Positions 35,201 through 44,769 of a stretch of DNA of 64,000 bases are shown here, piece by piece. Positions within the stretch are counted from its first letter, which is position 1, and every line of letters starts with the position of its first letter. The notes under the pieces are model-generated. The model worked only from the letters and a program-made list of their open reading frames with translations. It was not told the DNA's origin and did not search any database. Made by a program: the position numbers and the translations under genes. This DNA is from a virus: positions 1 through 64,000 of IMG/VR virus record IMGVR_UViG_3300014838_000019; one strand, written 5' to 3'.

Positions 35201-37490
35201 TGGAGAGCCAAACTGCAATGTTGATTATATCGTAGGAACCTTGCCTTGGTCTGGTTCGACCGAGATGGTAGAAGGACCATGTGGTCTTGTATCCCAATCA
35301 GTTTATCCGTGGCAATGGAAGGTGTTTGATTATCCTAGCACATGGGGAATGTCTCAATACGGACCCAATAAGTTTCGAAATGAGAAGACGAAATATGTCT
35401 CTCAATCGTTGCAAGTTCGCCTAGACAACTTAAACCGTTCAACCTATGTGGATACGAGTGGAATAGCACCTGATTCCAATCAAGTTGGATTCTTTGCTGA
35501 CCCACAAGATTTCAAAAATCGTGATATTGTTCGTTACTTTGGTAATTACAACTTCATGGATGCTATTGGAGACCCCGAGCTTCAGTTCTCTCAAAGTTAT
35601 GACCCACTGCGTCTATTCCGAAAAGAGTTTGCTGAGGATCAAAATCAATTTAGCGGAAGCCGAACACTGTTCAATGAACTTCTCACTACTTACAAGTTAT
35701 ATTTTAATCGTTCGGTATTTGATAGCATTAAGAATGTGGTTCCTGCGAGAACAAACGCCCTAGTGGGGATTGTTATAGAACCTACTATTTTGGAGAGACC
35801 GAAATATCAATCGAAACCAATGGAAGTTAAGGCGAGGTATGCATTCGAAGTGCCAATTGGACGATTAATGCGAATGACTGCTTCGTTGGCTCCGTCTCAT
35901 TCAATGAACTTGGATGTTAAATATGTTTCATACCCTAACAAAGATTATCCCGTCAATTATGGTGGAAACTATATTGGAGATTTGACCGACCGTATTGAGT
36001 TCGGGCATTTCGCTGCTGGAGTTCCACCTCGATACATTGATTTTTCTGCAAGTTTAGTTGCGGGGGTTGCACCATTGATTGTTTATTTCACTAACCTTTC
36101 ATATGGAGCAAGCACGTATGTTTGGGATTTTGGAGATGGTGTAACTGATTCAAATCCACAAGAGAACATAGTGAATGGTAATTATCCCGTTACACATTCA
36201 TATTTGTTACCCGGCGTTTACACTGTTACATTAAATGGATACTACGGTAGTTACGGATTGCACACTACCAAAATAGGATATATAACAGTTGGTTCCTATC
36301 CATTTAATGCTGATTTTGCCGCAAGTCAAAATATTGGATTAGCACCATTGTCGGTAACATTTACTAATAATACCACCCCGGGTGCAGCTAACTATTATTG
36401 GGATTTCGGGTCTGGATCAGCAACTAGTACTGCTTATTCCCCAACTCAAGTATATACAAATCCCGGCGTTTATAACGTGACATTGGCATCATCCACATCA
36501 TCCATATCAACCGGCGTATTCGCTTCTCAACATGTTAGCACGAGTTATATCACAGTATTGTATCCGACCAATAATTGCAATGGACCATATTTCAATGCTG
36601 TTGCTGGAGGAATATACGGACACTATTCAGTATCACAATCATATATGGTTTCCCTTGGGTCACTTGAAACTCCCGTTACTGTTAGTTATAATGCAGGAGC
36701 AAGTGCATCTCGATATGTTGTCACCATAAACGGAGTGCAAGAATATGATAGCTTATGGGTATCTACTGCTGGAACAAGTTCGGCTATTATTAATTCCATC
36801 AATTCGGCACTGATTTCATATGGAGCAGTGACCGCATCATTCCTATCAGCATCGTCGGCGAATGTGGTGACTGCATTTAATAATTCTCTATTCTACTTCA
36901 ACAAAGATCAGAGTGGAAGCATAACTCAAGTAACAGTGTATAATCCATTTAACACGACTTCTAGCTTTACAATGAGTTGCCCTACAGCTATAGCTCTTGC
37001 AACTGGATCGGCTCCACCATTATTCACTTATAACTCGGAAACGGCAGTATCTATAGTTTCAGATGCTGGTGGAAATCCATATCCAACATCATTCTTCATT
37101 CAGTTTACAAATGTGGACGATGATATGGCATTGGCTTGGTCGGCTAATAGTCCTATTCGTATTGTATTATGGTATAATGGAGTTGCACAAAATCCAGTGC
37201 TTTCTCTAGGAAATCCGAATTTCAATTACAACGGAAGCTTATTTGGTGACACTGGTTACATTGGTGATCCAAGTCAACAGGGAGTATTGAATAATGCCCT
37301 AATTGCTCAAGGTGGTGGGGCGGCTATTATTACTCCATTTACACCGTTGAATGGAGTATCAAGTGGAATATTCCTAAATAGCTTCTTTGAAAAACAATCA
37401 TGGGGGGCTGGATCGAACGAGCTGGCGGTTCAAGTTTATGCTCCAATTCCTAACACCAAGTTTACCATAACAGTGGGGAACCCATACTAA
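32208..37490 (+). CDS. Very large baseplate/tail protein with two PKD domains
   Basis: IYKAKGT...YGIP (gp7 / tail I-like) motif; WDFGDG and WDFGSG PKD motifs. Confidence 0.7.
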   Translation: MDYISYQSISENSQSLNTGSYLNPTEYAMFVNGFVPDLWYGLSAKDVVEIGLWDRTENQLGWDILYQSKSYDAVTVSYLDSKNNSVTYSYKELIPDFILNKTNNLLVDPTNNISSSFSIFSGSFNLTYNLTREMAGSPTIPLVITDIAPSRTEVKLLPLSASDDSYTAFCQHQVLIQDASPLYISSLTSCPYGKILSVVTPLYTNQISTIRNLFFISSEGGIELFFRNIYEDLLMYSSNTFGVQNFIRIQGIKTYFTNYLLSNGDTIVNFSDIDSNFGALVSASIERKFVSVGKNPPQEYVNAKEFVYDFFTKYFYTPISNTLQTTYNDKYFGYFKNALNVGNNRLLPILSIGMMDERTSPYDPLTLLIKLKDGLPSDLTMQTQCWVSNISLVPQIVSSILVSNTSIGVYQIGPPNFSIPIPHASLTNTNTSYTANDLTQTDEAERQITVGQNIQKLSVDYTDFSNFVLFSSAEMRLKVFKNKAINLCVLSASLGSLNTIANTFLVASGSVYPYYTQEYTTIQTQMDNIINTFDGYESYLYNNGSYAFQNGEFVSSSYVASQDVIATQYDTDNRDSLVNTCPEHVLTNPDNDDYIIFLSMIGHFFDNIYIYIANMPSEKKLGNDTTSVFSRQVVDYMLETFGWDIGNSLEQTDLLNNFLTSNQIAGLNSMSAEDRLKTIRNRILQNLPAIYKAKGTDEAVQLILGCYGIPSALLSVREYGGVNYNDPSAAYTLYERVYMRQWDTSSRYDSYDLQVPTGSHTYLFKIHLDDSTPYTYGNEQILFGRVQDSNNTSVSGSGEWSTGFVRIPKKNTGQIFFRIGYKGQEEFKLYSPEFPLFDGNIYSIMIRRNYPDANFDISTNPDVVPALYDLYVKRNQFGNQVVALSSSAVCYDVGTNSRFSQGGLIKIGGWFSDYNGQGFTGAFDKFQAWLNPISNDDLENYANNFNAYTSQVSGALSYKSLFFRMHTDYPFNQNVNGIWRNGNPYFAVSSSVKLNTLYGEPNCNVDYIVGTLPWSGSTEMVEGPCGLVSQSVYPWQWKVFDYPSTWGMSQYGPNKFRNEKTKYVSQSLQVRLDNLNRSTYVDTSGIAPDSNQVGFFADPQDFKNRDIVRYFGNYNFMDAIGDPELQFSQSYDPLRLFRKEFAEDQNQFSGSRTLFNELLTTYKLYFNRSVFDSIKNVVPARTNALVGIVIEPTILERPKYQSKPMEVKARYAFEVPIGRLMRMTASLAPSHSMNLDVKYVSYPNKDYPVNYGGNYIGDLTDRIEFGHFAAGVPPRYIDFSASLVAGVAPLIVYFTNLSYGASTYVWDFGDGVTDSNPQENIVNGNYPVTHSYLLPGVYTVTLNGYYGSYGLHTTKIGYITVGSYPFNADFAASQNIGLAPLSVTFTNNTTPGAANYYWDFGSGSATSTAYSPTQVYTNPGVYNVTLASSTSSISTGVFASQHVSTSYITVLYPTNNCNGPYFNAVAGGIYGHYSVSQSYMVSLGSLETPVTVSYNAGASASRYVVTINGVQEYDSLWVSTAGTSSAIINSINSALISYGAVTASFLSASSANVVTAFNNSLFYFNKDQSGSITQVTVYNPFNTTSSFTMSCPTAIALATGSAPPLFTYNSETAVSIVSDAGGNPYPTSFFIQFTNVDDDMALAWSANSPIRIVLWYNGVAQNPVLSLGNPNFNYNGSLFGDTGYIGDPSQQGVLNNALIAQGGGAAIITPFTPLNGVSSGIFLNSFFEKQSWGAGSNELAVQVYAPIPNTKFTITVGNPY

Positions 37491-37491
37491 T

Positions 37492-38262
37492 ATGAATCTA
37501 GACGGACAAGTATATTTTGACATGTTCCGAACATCTCATCCAACGATTGGGAACTCAGTATTTATGCTCAAACGATGGACTAAGAATACCATTTATGCAT
37601 TAAGCGGTTCTTACAAACATCATCAAAGTCAATCTTGGCACAGTGTATCCGACCCAAGATTTAACATGTATTCTACTAATTCCATATATTTGTATGATTA
37701 TGTGTTGGTAAACGATGCATTTTTTGATGCTGCGGTTTATACCTCCTCCAGTGTTGATTCAACCCCCGCTGGAATTGCAAGTTACGCTGGAACTATAAAC
37801 GGTACAGCATCATTTTCTCATAGTGCAAATACATGGAAAAATAGTCCAAATGCAACAACTAACAACTATTTGTTAAGGTATAATCCTCTTGCAAGTTCGT
37901 TTAGAAAATTCCCCGTGTATGGGCTTGACCCCGGATATGCCGCAACGGCATCATATCAAGCGTTAATGGCGACTCCTATTTATACTGATAATGGGACGTA
38001 TTTCGAAATAGTCAGTGGATACCCGAGGAATCACCACACCCATAAAAGAAACATGTTTGCGGCAGAACGATTCACAAGCTATGGATTGACTGGAGATTTA
38101 TTTATAGGAACTACGATTACATCTGCATCTTACAGAACGGGATTTCAGACGGCGGCGACAACCATTAATTCAGGAGGATTAAGCGACGGAACTGATCCAG
38201 TTCAATCGTTCCAAGTAACGAATATTAATTTCATACAATCGAACAACGTAATTTACCAATAA
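37492..38262 (+). CDS. Hypothetical structural protein
   Basis: 256-aa ORF contiguous with the previous gene. Confidence 0.7.
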   Translation: MNLDGQVYFDMFRTSHPTIGNSVFMLKRWTKNTIYALSGSYKHHQSQSWHSVSDPRFNMYSTNSIYLYDYVLVNDAFFDAAVYTSSSVDSTPAGIASYAGTINGTASFSHSANTWKNSPNATTNNYLLRYNPLASSFRKFPVYGLDPGYAATASYQALMATPIYTDNGTYFEIVSGYPRNHHTHKRNMFAAERFTSYGLTGDLFIGTTITSASYRTGFQTAATTINSGGLSDGTDPVQSFQVTNINFIQSNNVIYQ

Positions 38263-38312
38263 AAAGCATCAACTCACTTATACTTATAGATTAGAACCCG
38301 ATTTATAAAAAT

Positions 38313-38960
38313 ATGGCATATATTGACAACCAGAGCATCACTGTTGATGCAATTTTGACCCAAAAGGGTCGCCAACTGTTGGCACAAAATGGCAACTTGA
38401 ACATTACATCATTTGCGCTTGCCGATGACGAAATTGACTACACGCTGTATCAGCCAAACCACCCGCAAGGAAGTGCTTTCTATGACATTGCTCTTCGCAA
38501 TACACCAGTATTTGAACCACTGACTGATGAAACACAAGTGATGAAATATAAGTTGGTTACCCTCAATCAGGGTGTCACGTCCATTCCAGTCATCACTATT
38601 TCTCAAGACAAGATTTTGGTTACTTCTACATATACGGGAGATATTATAATAAATCCTTCCACTAACCCAACATACAATTTACAATTGGGATATACAGCAA
38701 TTCTTGGAAACAAAAACGTGGGATTGTTGATTGTTCAACAAACTAATGCGGTTAACTCTGTTTCCAATACGGTTCCAACATTTGCAGGAAACATTAACAT
38801 CGCCAGTGCTCAAGTTGTTGTTGGTAATAGTTTCCGATTTGTCCCAAACAGTGGATTGACCCAGACCACCACGACCAATTTAACCATCATTGGCAATGAG
38901 TCGGGAGGAAGCACTTCAATTGAAGTTACTGTTACAGTTCCCACGACTACTACCTCCTAA
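38313..38960 (+). CDS. Putative virion structural protein
   Basis: DAILTQKGRQLLA...FALADDEIDY; TACTTATA motif upstream. Confidence 0.7.
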   Translation: MAYIDNQSITVDAILTQKGRQLLAQNGNLNITSFALADDEIDYTLYQPNHPQGSAFYDIALRNTPVFEPLTDETQVMKYKLVTLNQGVTSIPVITISQDKILVTSTYTGDIIINPSTNPTYNLQLGYTAILGNKNVGLLIVQQTNAVNSVSNTVPTFAGNINIASAQVVVGNSFRFVPNSGLTQTTTTNLTIIGNESGGSTSIEVTVTVPTTTTS

Positions 38961-38968
38961 AAAAGATT

Positions 38969-40117
38969 ATGATATTCAATACATTTGACCCCAATCAGGA
39001 TGTTGTAACGGGACGTGTTACCCAAGTTGCCAGTGGTTATTGGCCCGATGGCTCTCCTAACTGGGGGCAAGGAAATTTCTTGTCAGATTTTTGGAGAAAT
39101 ACGGGGTCGTCAGCATCTCCATCATACGGAACGTCTTATTATGACGTTCTATACACAATGTATTATTTGAATGTGTTTCCAGACATTGGGACATATACAA
39201 ATTACGATCCATATTTTTCCATTACTTATGGAAACTTTTATGGGGAGTTCGGAAGTGGTTCATTTGCAATAGAATCGTCGAGTATTATGGCATCTCCTAC
39301 AAAGGCTATTTACAGTCAATATAAAAATGTTTTACTTGCAGATTCTAATGTTAGTGCTACTTCCAATGGAATGTTTTCCATGATTAGCGCAAGCACCACC
39401 GTCAATGCGACAGATATTTGGGCTATAAACTTTTCGGCTTATAAAATGAAAGACCATGTTGATGAGGGTCTTCTTCAACTTAACTTCAGTGGTTCAAATG
39501 GGTTGTTTTCATTCATTGATGACTCGATCTATACATCCAATAATCAATCCGTATATCAAATAGTTCCCGGAACTATTGATGCTCCCAATGCCTCTCCGAC
39601 GTATGCTGGTATTGGATTGTTTTATCCACAATCAGGAATTGTTATTCTCAATGCCGCAGTTCTTGCTAACATCCTCGGAATCACCATCACCACTGGAACA
39701 GGACCGGGAACGGGCGGACCATTGCCCGATGGATCGTGGCCATATAACTCATCATCTCTAGCAACCAATTACACCTACAATCACATGACTCTGTTTGAGT
39801 CAATGAACAGTTGTGTTGGACTTGACATGAACGTTCGCAAATCAGAGTATGTTCCTTCTCAACATTACTTCGTGCGTGTAATGAATCGTGATTTTAACTA
39901 CAGCAACAACCCAACGTATGTATGGGATGGAACAGATGGAATTCATCCACAAGGGTTAATATACAACTCGGATTTTATTACTGACCCCAAGACATATATT
40001 ACGAGTGTTGGACTGTATGATGACAACAATAACCTTGTTGCCATTGCGAAGTTGAGCCGTCCAGCAGTCAAATCATTTGACCAAGAATTGCTCATAAAAG
40101 TCCGTCTTGATTTTTGA
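38969..40117 (+). CDS. Putative virion structural protein
   Basis: C-terminal YITSVGLYD...LVAIAKL...VRLDF shared with 44770..47307. Confidence 0.7.
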   Translation: MIFNTFDPNQDVVTGRVTQVASGYWPDGSPNWGQGNFLSDFWRNTGSSASPSYGTSYYDVLYTMYYLNVFPDIGTYTNYDPYFSITYGNFYGEFGSGSFAIESSSIMASPTKAIYSQYKNVLLADSNVSATSNGMFSMISASTTVNATDIWAINFSAYKMKDHVDEGLLQLNFSGSNGLFSFIDDSIYTSNNQSVYQIVPGTIDAPNASPTYAGIGLFYPQSGIVILNAAVLANILGITITTGTGPGTGGPLPDGSWPYNSSSLATNYTYNHMTLFESMNSCVGLDMNVRKSEYVPSQHYFVRVMNRDFNYSNNPTYVWDGTDGIHPQGLIYNSDFITDPKTYITSVGLYDDNNNLVAIAKLSRPAVKSFDQELLIKVRLDF

Positions 40118-40197
40118 CCATAAGTCATTAATAAAATAGAGTTTTGACTATGTGGATCAATAGTTCTTAAATGCGTTATTTGAGTATATTTATTATC

Positions 40198-40737
40198 ATG
40201 ATTAAACTCCTCGACCTTCTTGTAGAATATCATGATACTAATATTTGGTATCATGGGTCTGCGTCAGGAGATTTGCGTGGAGGTAAAACAGGTCTTCATT
40301 TAGGAACTGCTTTGGCGGCTAAACAAGCATTGGAAGCAACAATTGGGATACCCATCGAAGGATACTGGGATGGAACTCGTGAATATGGAAAAACTTTACT
40401 TTGTGGTAAAAATACGTTAAAACATAGAGGAATTTTTCCAACGGGGATTAATTGTGATGTTACGGAGGAAGATTTCTATGTTACGCCAGAAATCATTCGC
40501 CGACGGTCATCCTTTATAACATCATCAATGAAACCCTCTATAAAAAAGTATAAGATAGTTTGTAGAATGACAAATACTCCGGAAAATCCATATCCCGACT
40601 TTAAAGCCAACGGATATATGGGCGGGTTACTGAAACGAGGAATAGCGAAAAATGGATTTTATTACAAAAACGAGTCCGAAGATTATGGGAGTATATCCGC
40701 TGTAGTTCCAAATGGAACTTGCGTGAAAGAGGTATGA
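40198..40737 (+). CDS. ADP-ribosyltransferase-like protein with MIKLLDLLVE leader
   Basis: WYHGS...GLHLGT...YYKNESEDYGSISAVV matches the layout of H-type phage ART-fold domains. Confidence 0.55.
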   Translation: MIKLLDLLVEYHDTNIWYHGSASGDLRGGKTGLHLGTALAAKQALEATIGIPIEGYWDGTREYGKTLLCGKNTLKHRGIFPTGINCDVTEEDFYVTPEIIRRRSSFITSSMKPSIKKYKIVCRMTNTPENPYPDFKANGYMGGLLKRGIAKNGFYYKNESEDYGSISAVVPNGTCVKEV

Positions 40738-42170
40738 TAAAGCAAATCAATCCTCAGAATATTCTGATTTCGCCGTTTATTGCGGCTAAATCTCGTGCTT
40801 TATCCAACACAGCAAATTCTGATATAGTCATCCTTGAACAAGATACCACTGAAACGATTGGTATTGCGCTCGAATATATTGATTATAATTTTGGAACTCC
40901 CCTACTTAATCGTGACTGTAATATAGCTCTTGAGCAACAAAGCAATGATCTCGCAATGTATCAAGAAGGTGTTTCGGGATCGGGAACATTCAATAGTCAA
41001 TCAGCAGTTTTAAATGGAGATGGGACCTATAAAGTTCTTGTTTACAACACAGTAAAGAATCTATTCTATAATACCTATAATAATCCTACTGAGATTTTAG
41101 GTCTTGAACATATTGATTTTCCTCTTAGTAACACCCTCCGAAATCTGTCACAACAGTTTCGAATGTTTTCTATCCCCCAAAGTGTTTTTGGAGATAGAAT
41201 ACAACCTAAAAGTGTTCAGCTTTTCGACGAACTTTTGGATGATAACATCATAATTTTTGACGATGGAAACCAAAACCTGATTGCTGGGTATAATTTATTT
41301 TCAAAAGTTCAAGAGGTTCACACATATCCGGCTGGATTTAATCCTCAGATTCTACTACCGGGAGCAGTGAGTCTTTCATGCCCAGTTTACAATCCTGTAT
41401 ATTTCACTCTCAATCCGTCTCCACAGGGAAATTGGACGACTCCGACATATATTTACGAGTCATTACCCGACAAAAATTTCTTTACAGCATCATTTACGGT
41501 AAGCGCAAGTGCAGGAAACAATGAGATAACATTCCAATGGTATTCAGGAAGCACTGCATTAGTTGACAATGCTAGAGTAACGGGAAGTTTGGTGGTATCT
41601 AGCTCAGTATCGGGTTCGACTTTACAAATTAACGATCTTCAATTTAGTGATTATGGTAATTACTATTGTTCGGCAACAGACAATGCAGGAACTTCCTTCA
41701 GTTCAAATGGATTATTGACTGTTTGGGATAATACGGTGTCTCAAAGTATGGTTGATACAATGACGTTGGGAACCTCCGTTCTTTATGGTAGCACTACTAC
41801 ATTGCTACCATATGGGGAAGCAAGTGTTCCAACATTTGGAACAACACTACGTAGTGGTTTGGTAGTTAACAATGTCTTCTATGCTAATGCATACGAAACT
41901 GCTTCTGTATCGGTTGGATTTGATAGTGGATTATTGTTTAACGTTCTTGTTCCATCGTATGGAGGACAAGAAACTGCTTCTGTATCGGTTGGATTTGATA
42001 GTGGATTATTGTTTAACGTTCTTGTTCCATCGTATGGAGGACAAGAAACTGCCTCAGTATCAGTAGGGTTTGATAGTGGACAACTTACAACACTTGTAGG
42101 TCCATATGTGAGTGTTACAGAAACACCGGCAACATTTGCAGTAAGCTTATTGACGGGAAGCGTCTTTTAA
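40734..42170 (+). CDS. Structural protein with Ig-like domain and C-terminal 25-aa repeats
   Basis: FQWY...LQIND...DYGNYYC Ig signature. Confidence 0.7.
   Translation: MIKQINPQNILISPFIAAKSRALSNTANSDIVILEQDTTETIGIALEYIDYNFGTPLLNRDCNIALEQQSNDLAMYQEGVSGSGTFNSQSAVLNGDGTYKVLVYNTVKNLFYNTYNNPTEILGLEHIDFPLSNTLRNLSQQFRMFSIPQSVFGDRIQPKSVQLFDELLDDNIIIFDDGNQNLIAGYNLFSKVQEVHTYPAGFNPQILLPGAVSLSCPVYNPVYFTLNPSPQGNWTTPTYIYESLPDKNFFTASFTVSASAGNNEITFQWYSGSTALVDNARVTGSLVVSSSVSGSTLQINDLQFSDYGNYYCSATDNAGTSFSSNGLLTVWDNTVSQSMVDTMTLGTSVLYGSTTTLLPYGEASVPTFGTTLRSGLVVNNVFYANAYETASVSVGFDSGLLFNVLVPSYGGQETASVSVGFDSGLLFNVLVPSYGGQETASVSVGFDSGQLTTLVGPYVSVTETPATFAVSLLTGSVF
41895..42080 (+). repeat. 75-bp tandem repeat (two exact copies plus a diverged partial third)
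   Basis: Units start at 41895, 41970 and 42045; they encode ETASVSVGFDSGLLFNVLVPSYGGQ. Confidence 0.92.
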
Positions 42171-42191
42171 AAATATGTATAGGACATAAAT

Positions 42192-43442
42192 ATGAACAGC
42201 ATACAACAACTTTCTCAGACATTTCACGGTTATTATAAAATTGGCGTAGTCAATCCTGCGACCGACGAAGTTGAGTGGAAGTGCTCGGGCAGCAACATTA
42301 TCCTCAATGCTGGAATGGATAACTTGTATAATATGTCCATTGCCGATCAGACCGATTATGCAATGTGTGGAGTTGGAACCCGGCCCACCAATTTGTTTGG
42401 TGGAGCATCTCAGATTTCCCAATCTGGGAACCAAGTCCTTTTATATAACACAGGGGGGCTTATTACCGATTTTACATCATCATACAATGTGTATCCAAAC
42501 TTGGTTCAAGCAGGAGATATGATTTCTTGTTCCAATGGACAACAACTCATAGTATCAAGTGTTAATAATGGATTCAATCTAACGGTAACTCCTCCTTATA
42601 CGTTTGGACCACAGACGTTTGCAGTTTATAAAACATCTCAAGTAGGGCTTCAGGCTGAATCCTATCGTGCAGGTCCAGGTATTTCCAATAGTCAATATTT
42701 CACAGGACTTAATGGATGTGGAACAACATACAATGGAAACATTGTGGAATTACTTCGAACCTATGATTTTGCCCCGATAGTAACAACTCAAACATTCAAT
42801 GAAGTTGGGGTAGGATGGGCATCAACTGGAGCAGCCACAGTATTCAGCCGCCTATTGCTCCCATCTCCGGTGACCGTTACGGCTGGATTTAAATTGAGGT
42901 TAGCATATACACTCACCACAACATTTGGTCCAAATGGTTCCATTTTTGGAGCAGCATCAATTGGTGGATGGCCATTATTACCATCAACAAACACGAACGG
43001 AACTCAATCAGTCCAAGATTTGCTGTGTTCATATATTGATACTAATGGTAATACACAGGCGAGTCTTGCAGTGCTTGATCCATTCTTTATCAATGTTGGA
43101 GGAAATTATGCCGCAATATATGCATCAACAAATTCACAATCGCTTGCCCCATTTGGAAGTGCCTATGACCGCACAAGTACAGCAGTCACTGGTCCTCAAA
43201 TGAGTTTAGCGTCTTATACTAATGGAAGTTATTTTTGTGATAAAACGGGAACTACTACTGCGGGAGCAATTAGTTCTAACACGATATATAGCATTGGATT
43301 CGGAGTAATAGCATATGGATATGTTCCCTATTCCTCAACAGGTCAAGCATATACATTTATATTCGCCCAGCCTCAAACATTGACCAATACCCAAACTCTA
43401 TCTCTGACTTTCAGATACACATGGGGAAGAATATTAGGATAA
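42192..43442 (+). CDS. Putative tail/baseplate structural protein (paralog A)
   Basis: NIILNAGMD...EVGVGW...FSR shared with the next gene. Confidence 0.7.
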   Translation: MNSIQQLSQTFHGYYKIGVVNPATDEVEWKCSGSNIILNAGMDNLYNMSIADQTDYAMCGVGTRPTNLFGGASQISQSGNQVLLYNTGGLITDFTSSYNVYPNLVQAGDMISCSNGQQLIVSSVNNGFNLTVTPPYTFGPQTFAVYKTSQVGLQAESYRAGPGISNSQYFTGLNGCGTTYNGNIVELLRTYDFAPIVTTQTFNEVGVGWASTGAATVFSRLLLPSPVTVTAGFKLRLAYTLTTTFGPNGSIFGAASIGGWPLLPSTNTNGTQSVQDLLCSYIDTNGNTQASLAVLDPFFINVGGNYAAIYASTNSQSLAPFGSAYDRTSTAVTGPQMSLASYTNGSYFCDKTGTTTAGAISSNTIYSIGFGVIAYGYVPYSSTGQAYTFIFAQPQTLTNTQTLSLTFRYTWGRILG

Positions 43443-43446
43443 GATT

Positions 43447-44760
43447 ATGAGTGAACAAAACAACTTAAATTATAACGGTGGAATACAGATAGGATTATCG
43501 GGGCGGTATTGCGTTCAAGTAGTTGATTCTACGACCGACGAAATAATGGCAGATTATGGGTGGCACAAAAATCTTATTCTTAACAATGGAATGGATGCAG
43601 TCGCATCTGTAGAAATGGGTGCTCTGTCAGAAATCGCAATTTCTGGGACTGGATCACGTCCTAATTATTTTACCAGTAGCACATCCACTATAACTCAGTC
43701 AGCAAACTATATTGGATTGGTAAATTCATCCTCAATTACATCATTCAATCAATCGGTAACTACTAATGGAACTAGTTCTTATCCTTATATAGTTCAAGCA
43801 GGAGATTTAATCATAGATCAAACTTTGAGTCAATCTGTAGTTATCACAACATCTATTGATGGTAAAACTATTCAGATTAGTGGAAACGGTCAATCATTCT
43901 CTACCCCCAGAACGTTTACTATATGGAAAACATCTCAATATGGGTTGCAAGGAGAAAGTCAACGCACTAACAATTATTACCCGGGGTTTGTTAATACAAG
44001 TTCTTGGAATTGCGGGTCGGTTCAAAGTGGAAGCACATTGACCATGCGTCGTACTTTTAACTTCTTACCGGAAGTTCAAACTCAATCATATACAGAGGTA
44101 GGATGTGGATGGAACACCAATCCTTCTTATGGTGCTTTCAGTCGTGTTTTATTGCCACAAACAGTATCGTTGTCCCCATTCCAACAGTTGCGACTCATTT
44201 ATGATTTGTCGGTTTCATATGGACCGTTTACCCTAATAACTAGGAGTATAAATATTGCTGGATGGCCTGTCGGTCCTTCTACAAATACTTTGGGAACCGA
44301 ATCAGTGCAAAATTTCAATGTTTCATCAGTAAACATAGGTGGATACTCTGACGGGTGGGGACAATATGGGTTATATACCTTAGACCCCTCGAACATAAGC
44401 CAGTTTAACGTTTTTGCATCTGTATATACGGCATCGTTTTATACTGGGTCTCCCACGTCTGGCTCCGCAAGTAATTTGCCCGGTGATTATACACTTACAA
44501 ACACACTGGGAACCTATGTTCCTGGGACTTATACCAACACAAAAACTGGATTTTTTACCATCTATCAAGTAACTTCTTCAAACTTAATGAGTATTGGATT
44601 TGGAACGTATCTTCTAGATTATAATAATAATGTATTGACATATCCTTGGGATAAATATGGACAAGCAATGGTATTTTCGTTTAATCAGCCACAATCAAAA
44701 AACAGTTATCAATCCTTAACTCTAACGTGGAGATGGTATTGGTCACGGATTATTCAATAA
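43447..44760 (+). CDS. Putative tail/baseplate structural protein (paralog B)
   Basis: NLILNNGMD...EVGCGW...FSR; colinear with the previous gene. Confidence 0.7.
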   Translation: MSEQNNLNYNGGIQIGLSGRYCVQVVDSTTDEIMADYGWHKNLILNNGMDAVASVEMGALSEIAISGTGSRPNYFTSSTSTITQSANYIGLVNSSSITSFNQSVTTNGTSSYPYIVQAGDLIIDQTLSQSVVITTSIDGKTIQISGNGQSFSTPRTFTIWKTSQYGLQGESQRTNNYYPGFVNTSSWNCGSVQSGSTLTMRRTFNFLPEVQTQSYTEVGCGWNTNPSYGAFSRVLLPQTVSLSPFQQLRLIYDLSVSYGPFTLITRSINIAGWPVGPSTNTLGTESVQNFNVSSVNIGGYSDGWGQYGLYTLDPSNISQFNVFASVYTASFYTGSPTSGSASNLPGDYTLTNTLGTYVPGTYTNTKTGFFTIYQVTSSNLMSIGFGTYLLDYNNNVLTYPWDKYGQAMVFSFNQPQSKNSYQSLTLTWRWYWSRIIQ

Positions 44761-44769
44761 TTATTTATT

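Noticed and set aside
41895-42080. CRISPR array
   Set aside because: The units are contiguous in-frame coding repeats without unique spacers, and no cas genes are present.
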